Shown here one piece after another: positions 39,389 through 48,596 of a stretch of 64,000 nt of DNA. The DNA is from a bacterium (GTDB lineage: Bacteria > Patescibacteriota > Minisyncoccia > UBA6257 > Colwellbacteraceae): positions 13,937-77,936 of the forward strand of contig JAKPNH010000006.1 in NCBI GenBank assembly GCA_029548485.1, written 5' to 3'. Position numbers and translations under genes: made by a program. Under the pieces are notes generated by a model, which ran no database searches, was not told where the DNA came from, and saw only the letters and a list, made by a program, of their open reading frames with translations. How positions within the stretch are numbered: position 1 is the stretch's first letter; every line of letters starts with the position of its first letter.

Positions 39389-40061
39389 GTTGAGACGACC
39401 GGTATTTCAAAAAATGAATATAATTTGCGCCGACAAACACGGCGCAAAGCAGGAGTCCGCAAGTTCAAACTGGCGGACTTAATTGGCATTTAAATGACCG
39501 GTTTATTTTTTTAAGGGCGCATGGAGGATGCCTTGACACAAAGTGACGATGAAGGACGCGGCGTAGCGGCGATACGCCTCGGGGAGGCGCGTAGCAGCCT
39601 TCGATCCGGGGATTTCCGAATGGGGAAACCCAATCCCGCAATCCGGGATTGATTCCGCACGTAAGTTGCGGAATAGTCGACCCGCTGAAGTGAAACATCT
39701 TAGTAAGCGGAGGAATAAAGAACAATTGTTATTCCCTTAGTAGCGGCGAGTGAAAAGGGAAGAGCCCAAACTTGTTTGAAGTTTACGGCGCAAGCCGGAA
39801 ACGGAAAGCGAGGGTAGTAAGATAGAGACATTCTATTTATGAAGCCGCTCGATGAGAAATCGGAGAGCGACTTTATAAATAGAGGAAAGTTACAAAATGG
39901 TTCGTTAGCCGAATGGACTGGAAAGTCCGGCCAAAGGGAGTGAAAGCCTCGTAGGCGAAAACGAATCATCTTTCTTGTTTTTAATCTTGAGTACTTCGAT
40001 GACAGGAAGCTTCGAAGGAATCATCCCGAACTATCGGGAAAGGCTAAATACACTTTGTGAT

Positions 40062-40098
<37 letters not shown>

Positions 40099-42075
40099 CA
40101 GCCCGGTGAGGGCGGTGAAATAGAACTGAAACCATGTGCTTACAAGGACTCGGAGCCCCGCTTCGGCGGGGTGACGTGGTGCCTATTGAAGAATGAGCCA
40201 ACGACTTTATATTGACTGCTCGGTTAATCCCGCTTTGCGGGAGCAGCCACAGGGAAACCTAGTGTTAAAAGCGCGAACGTCCGCAAGGACAAGGTAGTCA
40301 ATATAAGACCCGAAGCCAAGCGAGCTTACCTTGGTCAGGATGAACTTCCGCGAAAGCGGGAGGGAGGTCCGCACCAGTTGATTGTGCAAAATCTTTGGAT
40401 GAACTGAGGTAAGTAGTGAAAAGCTAATCGAGCTTGGTAATAGCTGGTTCTCTCCGAAATAGTTTTAGGACTAGCGCCAAGAACCGCTTTAGCGGGGGTA
40501 GAGCTACTGGTTTGGTGGTAAAGGGCGAAAGCTCGGCCACCGAGTCAAACTCCGAATACCGCTTTAGAAAAACTTGGTAGTCAGACTGCGGAGGCTAAGC
40601 CCCGTGGTCGAAAGGGAAACAGCCCTGACCGTCATCTAAGGTCCCCAAATTCTTGCTAAGTGTTAAAGGCAGTGCCATGCCATCGACAGATAGGAGGTTG
40701 GCTCAGAGGTAGCCATCCTTTAAAGAGTGTGTAACAACTCACTATTCGAATCCCGCTTTGCGGGAGTGGCGTGACGCGCCGAAAATGTACCGGGGCTAAG
40801 CAAGATACCGAAGATACGGATGTTTCGCGCAAGCGAAGCATGGTAGGAGAGCATTTGGAGCGCGCCGAAGGTCGACCCGCGAGAGCGACTGGAGTGCTCT
40901 GAAGAGAGAATGTTGGCATGAGTAACCCACTTAACCGGTGGGAAACCGGTTCCCCGAAAATCCTAGGTTTCCGTGGCAATGGCAATCATCCACGGGTTAG
41001 GCGGCCCTAAGGCAATGGCGAAAGCCGCAGCCGATGGACTGTTGGTTAATATTCCAACCCTTCCATTTCTTTCGACGGGAGGACGAAGCGCAGTAGGCCA
41101 GGCATCTCAATGGTTTGGTGTCCGTGGTCTAAGGATGGCATTCTGGCAAATCCAGGTGCCTGTCTTTGATGGCGAATCCAAGGACAGCGGCGAATCAAAG
41201 CATTTACTTTGGTGAGTTGGTTGAGCGCGTTTCCGCGAAAAATCTCTAAGGTTAAAGGAATGGAATCCGTACCGGAAACCGACACAGGTGGATAGGGCGA
41301 GTAGCCCAAGGGGTACGAGTGATTTCTCTTTAAGGAACTCGGCAAACAAGCGACCGTAAGTTAGCGATATGGTCTTCCCGCCGCAAGGCGGGACGCAGCG
41401 AAAGTCTCTCTGGCGACTGTTTACTAAAAACACAGCTTCCTGCGAACTCGTAAGAGGATGTATAGGAGGTGACGCCTGACCGATGCGAGAAGGTTAACGG
41501 CGGGGGTGAATTCGGAGCAATCCGGATTTGCTCGCTGCCCGAAGCCCTCGTCAATGTCCGCGGTAACTATAACCGTGTTAAAGTAGCGCAATTCCTTTTC
41601 AGGTAAGTTCTGAAGCGCATGAATGGCGTAACGATCAGAGAACTGTCTCAAAGAGAAGCTCGGTGAAAATGCGATTCCCGTGAAGACGCGGGATACCTGC
41701 AGCTAGACAAGAAGACCCCGGGAGCTTTACTGCAACTTGGTATTGGCTTTAGGGTTTGGATGCGTAGCGTAGTGGTGAGGCTTTGAAGTCTTGTTTTCGG
41801 ATGAGACGGAGCCGACGATGAAACAGCCATCTTTCAAACTTTAAACTCTAACCTTAAGGGCAAAAACCTTAGGGAACAGTGCCTGGCGGGCAGTTTTTCT
41901 GGGGCGGAATCCTCCCAAAGAGTAACGGAGGAGTTTATTAAGGTCAGCTTGGCTCGGATGGAAATCGAGCCTGAAGTGTAAAGGCATAAGCTGGCTTAAC
42001 TGCGAGACCCACAAGTCGAGCAGATGCGAAAGCAGAACTTAGTGACCCGACGAATCTTTATAGAAAGGTCGGAGA

Positions 42076-42109
<34 letters not shown>

Positions 42110-42245
42110 GGTGTTGTCCGAGAGTCCCTATCGACGACAACGCTCGGCACCTCGATGTCGGCCCACCCTAGCGCGGGGCTGGAGAAGGTCCCAAGCGTGT
42201 GGCTGTTCGCCACTTAAAAGGGTACGCGAGCTGGGTTTAAACCGT

Positions 42246-42502
42246 CAGTTTGGCGGCTTTCCCGAGCAATCGGGATTGAAAAAGCTTACTCATATCGGTG
42301 AAGTCCTAAACTTATAATTGCGATATAACCTGTCAATATTTAGGATAATACCGAGGGAAGTTTGCTTTATTGAAATAAAGCATAACCCCGTAGAGACTTG
42401 TTCCTGAGGGAACGGATGGAAGAAATCTTCCATAAGACGTAGGCCTCCATTGAAAAATGGATGATGGTATAGTCCACACATTTGGTAACAGATGATTCAA
42501 TG
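42246..42502 (+). ncRNA. Group I intron at 23S position 2593 (E. coli numbering), no ORF
   Basis: Exons ACCGT|CGTGAGACAG, terminal G, core TATCGGTGAA / AATACCGAG / GAGACT / ATAGTC. Confidence 0.9.
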
Positions 42503-42565
42503 CGTGAGACAGGTTGGTTTTTATCTGCTGCAGGCGTGAAGTGTTTGAGGGAAGTCGACCCTAGT

Positions 42566-42969
42566 GGGCGCGAAAGCGCCTTGCTACTTTGCGGAGTAAT
42601 CCGTAATGACAATGTGGCTTATAACGGTGAAGCCTTCCTTGTTTCTGAAACCAAAATGGATTGTTCCAAAGCATCGGTCCGCTTCGGAACATGTTAATTG
42701 CTTGAGGACCAGAAATAAAAAGGTAATACCGTGGGAAGTCGACCCAAAAACATTGATTTAGCTCATATCGCCGGATTTTTGATGGCGATGGCGTTTTATC
42801 AATTATTGGGTTTGACCCCGTAACGACTTGATCGAAGAGATCGGACTTATATGGATCCAAAGCCTTAAAGGCGGGTCTACATAGGTAATATGCCGCCACC
42901 CCACTATTTCTTTATAGGAATAAGGGTGAAGATATAGTCTACGCTCCTAGAAATAGGGGAATGTACGTG
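42566..42969 (+). ncRNA. Group I intron after U2656 in the sarcin-ricin loop
   Basis: Exons CCTAGT|ACGAGAGGACC, terminal G, core AACGGTGAA / AATACCGTG / ACGACT / ATAGTC. Confidence 0.88.
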
Positions 42970-43048
42970 ACGAGAGGACCGGGTTGAACGAACCTCTGGT
43001 CTATCGGCTTTGCCACCAGGCGAATCGCCGAGTAGCTATGTTCGGAAG

Positions 43049-43081
<33 letters not shown>

Positions 43082-43261
43082 CATCCCAAGATTAGACACT
43101 AGACCCCCGGAAGACTACCGGGTTGATAGGCTCAAGGTGTAAGACAGGCAACTGTTTCAGCCGAAGAGTACTAATAGGTCGTTTATAGACCGGTCATTTA
43201 AGCGCCAATTATATTTAATTCATACTATTGAAATTAGGAACGAAAACGATTAGTATTATCC

Positions 43262-43371
43262 TGCTCGGTGATTAATCGCATGGTGCACCACCCGATCCCA
43301 TTCCGAACTCGGAAGTGAAAGCCGTGCGGGTCGATGATAGTCCTTTGGGCGAAAGTAGATTTTGCCGGGCA
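43262..43371 (+). rRNA. rrf: 5S rRNA
   Basis: CACCCGATCCCATTCCGAACTCGGAAGTGAAA; terminal stem TGCTCGG/CCGGGCA. Confidence 0.95.
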
Positions 43372-43377
43372 TTTGTC

Positions 43378-43411
43378 AAAAGGCCTCCGCCAAACCGGGG
43401 GCCTTTTGTTT
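43378..43411 (+). terminator. rRNA unit terminator
   Basis: AAAAGGCCTCC...GGGGGCCTTTTGT. Confidence 0.75.
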
Positions 43412-43544
43412 CTCTTTCCGCTTTTGATTAATATTTACCTAAATGCAAAGATTGACCAAACAAATCGTCTACGGGTTGTTTTTCCTGGCCTTGATCGGGG
43501 CCCTAGCCGCGGCCCTGCGATTTTTGGCGAGCCGATAACGCACC

Positions 43545-44615
43545 ATGGGATTCCTGAAAAAACTTGATTGGCAGTTGAACCTGAGCGTCGGCCTGCTTTT
43601 GCTTTTTGGTATCTTGACGCTCGCTTCGAGCACCGAAGTCTTGATTTGGCGCCAAACGCTTTGGATTCTGGTCGGCGCGGCCATCATCTTTTCCGTTTCT
43701 TTCATCAACCTCAAGAGGCTGATGAGCTACCGGTGGGTGGTGATCGTCATCTATCTGGTGAGCGTCGGCCTTTTGATTCTCACCTTATTGATCGGCAGCG
43801 AAGCGGGCGGAAACAAAAGCTGGATCAACATCGGAAGTTTCAAATTCCAGGCTTCGGAATTCGCGAAGATCGGACTGATCGTCATCCTTTCGAAGTTTTT
43901 CAGCCGCAGCCACATCGGCATCAAAAGATTCGGCGTGATCTTCACTTCTTTCGTCTATCTCCTGGTGCCGGTTTTCCTGATTCTGCTTCAACCGGATCTG
44001 GGAACGGCCCTTATTTTCGGAAGCATCTGGGCGGGATTCCTTTTGGTCTCCGGGCTGCCGATGAAATACGTAGCCGTGGCTTTGCCGATCCTCCTTTTCT
44101 GCGGGCTGATCATCTGGAATTTCGGGCTCCAGGGCTATCAAAGGAACCGCATCATCGGCCTTTTGAAGCCGGATGCAGATCCGCTGGGAGTGAATTACAA
44201 CGCCATCCAGTCGAAAATCGCCATCGGCTCCGCCGGCTGGTTCGGCAAGGGATTTAGCCAGGGAGCCCAGGTGAGGCTCGGATTCTTGCCGGCGGCGCAG
44301 ACCGACTTTGTCTACGCGGCTTTTACCGAAGAATGGGGTTTTGTCGGCGCCATGGTTCTGGTTATCGTTTTCCTTTGGATGATATGGCGGATCCTCCAGA
44401 TCGGAATGAAAAGCCACGGGAATTTCGACAAATTCATCTGCATCGGAAGCGCTTTGCTTTTCATTTTCCAGTTCGCCATCAACGTCGGCTCCACCCTCGG
44501 TTTTCTGCCGGTCATCGGCGTCGGGCTGCCTTTCGTGAGCTACGGCGGCTCGAGCCTGTTGACCTCGTTTATTTTGATCGGTATCATTCAAAACATTGCC
44601 GCGACCACGATTTAA
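43545..44615 (+). CDS. rodA: SEDS family protein RodA/FtsW
   Basis: FQASEFAK, QPDLGT, QSKIAIGSAG, TDF..EEWG, LPFVSYGGSS. Confidence 0.9.
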   Translation: MGFLKKLDWQLNLSVGLLLLFGILTLASSTEVLIWRQTLWILVGAAIIFSVSFINLKRLMSYRWVVIVIYLVSVGLLILTLLIGSEAGGNKSWINIGSFKFQASEFAKIGLIVILSKFFSRSHIGIKRFGVIFTSFVYLLVPVFLILLQPDLGTALIFGSIWAGFLLVSGLPMKYVAVALPILLFCGLIIWNFGLQGYQRNRIIGLLKPDADPLGVNYNAIQSKIAIGSAGWFGKGFSQGAQVRLGFLPAAQTDFVYAAFTEEWGFVGAMVLVIVFLWMIWRILQIGMKSHGNFDKFICIGSALLFIFQFAINVGSTLGFLPVIGVGLPFVSYGGSSLLTSFILIGIIQNIAATTI

Positions 44616-45357
44616 AACGATAGCGATTGTATTCGTAGCCTTGGCCGCGATTTTTTATGGACGGCGCTGGCTTTTTCCGAAAACTTGGCCGAAAACCACG
44701 ATCACCATTCCCGAGGGCTACACCGTTGCCCAGATCGACGAGACCTTAACCGTGGCCGGAGTTTTGAACGGCGGCAAGCTCGCCAATCTGAAGCCCGCGG
44801 ATTTCGACTATCCTTTCCTGGAGCAGGCGACCGGAGACAGCCTGGAAGGATTCCTTTTTCCGGACACTTACGAGTTTTTCCTGAATTCGCCTTCGTGGGT
44901 GGTGGCGGGAAAAATGCTCGACAATTTCGCTTCCAAAGCCGCTCCGATTCTCGATCCGGAGACCGCTTACGAAACCGTGATCATCGCCTCGATGATCGAG
45001 AAAGAAGTGCCTGACCAAGGGAAAGACCGCGAGCTTGTTGCCGGCATCCTGGAGAGCCGGCTTCGGATCGGAATGCCCTTGAACGTTGACGCCGCGGTTT
45101 GCTACGCCGAAAGCCCGTTCGGCTGCGCCGGGGTCGAAGATATTGATTTCGAGATTGATTCGCGCTACAATACCTACAAATATCGGGGATTGCCTCCGGG
45201 TCCGATCTCCAACCCGGGGCTGTCGGCAATCGAGGCGGCCCTGAATCCGCAAGACTCCGACTATCTTTATTACCTTTCCCGTCCCGGCACCAAAGAGACA
45301 ATATTTTCGAAGACACTTGACGAACACACCAAAAATATTGTTAAATATCTAAAATAA
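44596..45357 (+). CDS. mltG: Endolytic transglycosylase MltG
   Basis: TIPEG, LEGFLFPDTY, ASMIEKE, YNTY..GLPPGPISNPG. Confidence 0.92.
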   Translation: MPRPRFKTIAIVFVALAAIFYGRRWLFPKTWPKTTITIPEGYTVAQIDETLTVAGVLNGGKLANLKPADFDYPFLEQATGDSLEGFLFPDTYEFFLNSPSWVVAGKMLDNFASKAAPILDPETAYETVIIASMIEKEVPDQGKDRELVAGILESRLRIGMPLNVDAAVCYAESPFGCAGVEDIDFEIDSRYNTYKYRGLPPGPISNPGLSAIEAALNPQDSDYLYYLSRPGTKETIFSKTLDEHTKNIVKYLK

Positions 45358-45395
45358 ATCGAGACGAAGCCGATTTTTTAAAGGCGGTTTTTTAT

Positions 45396-48300
45396 ATGTC
45401 GTCAGCAAAAACCAAAAACTTTTCATCCCATCCGAGTTCGTTCGTGAAGGAACCGGACCTGATCGCCGTCCAAATCGATTCCTTCGAGTGGTTCAAGAAA
45501 ACCGGATTGCGGAACCTCTTCGACGAAATCTCTCCCATCCGCGACCATTCCGCAAAGGAAATGGAGCTTTATTTTCGCGATTATTATTTTGACGAACCGA
45601 AGTTTTCGACCGACGAATGCCGCGAGCGGGCTTTGACTTACGAAGCTCCGCTCCGTGTCAATATGGAATTAATCCATCTCGTATCCGGCCGGAAAGAGAC
45701 CCAAAAAGTCTATTTCGGAGATTTTCCGATCATGACCGAGAAAGGGACCTTCATCATCAACGGTGTGGAGAGGGTGGTCATTTCCCAGCTCGTCAGATCG
45801 CCCGGAGTTTATTTCATTTCCGATTCCTGGAGGGGCCGGAAGCTTTTCGGCGCCAAAATCATTCCGAACCGCGGCGCCTGGATAGAATTCGAAACCGATT
45901 CGAACGGCGTCATCGACGTCAAGATAGACCGCCACCGCAAAATGCCGGCCACGTCTTTCCTCCGCATCTTCGGATTGGAAACCGAAGAAGAGATCAGGGC
46001 CGCTTTTCCGAACGACAACGGCCCGGTTAAACATATAGAAAGTACTTTAAAGAAAGATCCGGCGAAAACCGCTTCCGAAAGCTATCTCGAACTTTACAAG
46101 AGGCTTCGCCCCGGAGATCTTGCCACCGCCGAAAACGCCAAGAACCTGATCGACGCCATGTTCGTGCGTTCCGACCGCTACGACCTTTCTGAAATAGGCC
46201 GCTTCAAAGTGAATCAGCGTTTGGAAGCGAACGATTCCAAAGATAAACTGCTTTCAAAAAAAGACATCGTGCGGATAATGGCGGAGATCATCAGGCTGAA
46301 CAACGATCCGCACGCCAAAGACGACGATATCGACCATCTGGGAAACCGCCGGCTCCGTTCGGTCGGAGAACTTTTGGAAGCGCGGATGCGCTTGGGATTC
46401 GGAAGGATCAGGAGGATCGTCCAAGACAGGATGTCGACGATCTCGGGAGAAGAGCGGCAGGCGCTCACTCCGATCCAGCTCGTGAACACCAGACCATTGA
46501 TCGGCGTGGTCCGCGATTTCTTCGCCACTTCTTCCATGTCGCAGTTCATGGATCAGGTTAATCCTTTGACCGAGCTCGAACACAAAAGAAGGATTTCGGC
46601 TTTGGGGCCGGGCGGACTGACCAAAGAACGCGCCGGATTCGAGGTAAGGGACGTCCATCCTTCGCACTACGGGCGGCTTTGCCCGATCCAGACTCCGGAA
46701 GGGCAGAACATCGGACTCATCAATCATCTGGCAAACTATACCCGCGTCAACAAATACGGATTTTTGGAAGCGCCTTACGTCAAAATGGAAAAAGGAAAGA
46801 TCACCGGCGAAATCGTCTGGTTCGACGCGATCGAAGAGGAAAAGCACAAGATCGTCCACGCCGGAGAAAAACTGACCGAAGACAACAAGCTGGCGGACAA
46901 GATCGTCGAAGTCCGTTTCCAAGGAAAGCCGATGAACGTTCAGCGCGACGACGTCGAATACATGGACGTGTCGCCTTCGGAGATCCTTTCGATCGGAGCC
47001 TCTTTGATCCCGTTTTTGGAAAACGACGACGCCAAGAGGGCTTTGATGGGATCGAACATGCAGAAGCAGGCCGTGCCTTCGATCAGGCCGGAGTCGCCCT
47101 ATGTCGGCACCGGCGTCGAGAAAACCGCCGCTTACAATTCCGGGCAGGTGATCGTGGCCGACGAAGCGGGCGAAGTGACCTATGTCGACGGATCGAAAAT
47201 CATCATTGAAGACGCAGACCATCACAAACGGATTTATCCGGTCGAAAAGTTCCGGATGACGAACCAATACATCGCTTTTTCCCACAAGCCGATCGTCAAA
47301 ATCGGCGACAAAGTCAAAAAAGGAGAAGTCATCGCCGACGGCACGGCCATCAAGGACGGCGTCCTGGCCTTGGGGCAGAACTTACTCGTGGCTTTCGTGT
47401 CCTGGGAGGGAGCGAATTTCGAGGACGCCATCATCCTTTCGGAAAGGGTGGCCCAGATGGACCGCTACACTTCCATCAATATCGAAGATTTTGTCTGCGA
47501 TGTCCGCGACACGAAATTGGGGCCTGAGATCACCACTCCGGACATCCCGAACGTTTCCGAGGAAAAACTGAAGAATTTGGACGAAGAAGGAATCATCAGG
47601 ATCGGCGCCGAAGTGACGGCCGGAGACATCCTGGTCGGCAAGATTTCCCCGAAGGGCGAATCCGAATTGACTTCGGAAGAAAGGCTGCTTCGGGCGATCT
47701 TCGGAGAAAAAGCGAGGGACGTCAAAGATTCTTCTTTGGAAGTGCCGCACGGAAAAGGCGGCCGCGTGGTCGGAGTGAAGATTTTCGACCGCGAAAAAGG
47801 AGACAAACTTGAAGCCGGAGTCATCAGGAGGATCCAGATCCAGGTGGCTTCGCTTAGAAACATCCAGGCCGGAGACAAAATGGCCGGCCGGCACGGAAAC
47901 AAGGGCGTCATTTCGCAGATCAGGCCGATCGAGGATATGCCTTACCTCGAAGACGGCACGCCGGTCGACATTATTCTGAATCCATTGGGAGTCGTTTCCC
48001 GCATGAACCTCGGCCAGATTTTGGAAACGCATTTGGGCTGGGCCGCGGAAAAGTTGGGATACCGGGCGACCACTCCGGCTTTGTCCGGCGCCACCGAAAA
48101 AGAAATCCGGGAAGAATTGAAGGCGGCCGGGCTCCCCGAGACCGGACAGGTGACGGTCTACGACGGACGCACGGGCGAGGATTTCAGCCGGCCGGTGACC
48201 GTCGGCAGGATTTACATGATGAAACTGAATCATTTGGTTTTGGACAAGGTGCACATGCGTTCCATCGGTCCTTATTCTTTGATCACCCAGCAGCCTTTGG

Positions 48301-48593
48301 GAGGCCGCGCCCAGTTCGGCGGACAGCGTTTCGGAGAAATGGAGGTCTGGGCTTTGGAAGGCCACGGAGCGGCCCACACCCTCCAGGAAATGCTTACCAT
48401 CAAATCCGACGACGTCATGGGTCGGTCCGCGGCTTACGAATCGATCGTGAGGGGCGAAAAGATCAAAAAACCCAACATTCCGGCGACTTTCAACGTGATG
48501 GTGAACGAATTGAAAGCTTTGAACCTGAACGTCGAACTCATGGGAGCCGTCGAAGAAAAAGAAAAACCGGCCGAAGAAACGAAGGAAAACTAA
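45396..48593 (+). CDS. rpoB: RNA polymerase beta subunit
   Basis: INGVERV, GDKMAGRHGNKG, GGQRFGEME. Confidence 0.98.
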   Translation: MSSAKTKNFSSHPSSFVKEPDLIAVQIDSFEWFKKTGLRNLFDEISPIRDHSAKEMELYFRDYYFDEPKFSTDECRERALTYEAPLRVNMELIHLVSGRKETQKVYFGDFPIMTEKGTFIINGVERVVISQLVRSPGVYFISDSWRGRKLFGAKIIPNRGAWIEFETDSNGVIDVKIDRHRKMPATSFLRIFGLETEEEIRAAFPNDNGPVKHIESTLKKDPAKTASESYLELYKRLRPGDLATAENAKNLIDAMFVRSDRYDLSEIGRFKVNQRLEANDSKDKLLSKKDIVRIMAEIIRLNNDPHAKDDDIDHLGNRRLRSVGELLEARMRLGFGRIRRIVQDRMSTISGEERQALTPIQLVNTRPLIGVVRDFFATSSMSQFMDQVNPLTELEHKRRISALGPGGLTKERAGFEVRDVHPSHYGRLCPIQTPEGQNIGLINHLANYTRVNKYGFLEAPYVKMEKGKITGEIVWFDAIEEEKHKIVHAGEKLTEDNKLADKIVEVRFQGKPMNVQRDDVEYMDVSPSEILSIGASLIPFLENDDAKRALMGSNMQKQAVPSIRPESPYVGTGVEKTAAYNSGQVIVADEAGEVTYVDGSKIIIEDADHHKRIYPVEKFRMTNQYIAFSHKPIVKIGDKVKKGEVIADGTAIKDGVLALGQNLLVAFVSWEGANFEDAIILSERVAQMDRYTSINIEDFVCDVRDTKLGPEITTPDIPNVSEEKLKNLDEEGIIRIGAEVTAGDILVGKISPKGESELTSEERLLRAIFGEKARDVKDSSLEVPHGKGGRVVGVKIFDREKGDKLEAGVIRRIQIQVASLRNIQAGDKMAGRHGNKGVISQIRPIEDMPYLEDGTPVDIILNPLGVVSRMNLGQILETHLGWAAEKLGYRATTPALSGATEKEIREELKAAGLPETGQVTVYDGRTGEDFSRPVTVGRIYMMKLNHLVLDKVHMRSIGPYSLITQQPLGGRAQFGGQRFGEMEVWALEGHGAAHTLQEMLTIKSDDVMGRSAAYESIVRGEKIKKPNIPATFNVMVNELKALNLNVELMGAVEEKEKPAEETKEN

Positions 48594-48596
48594 AAA

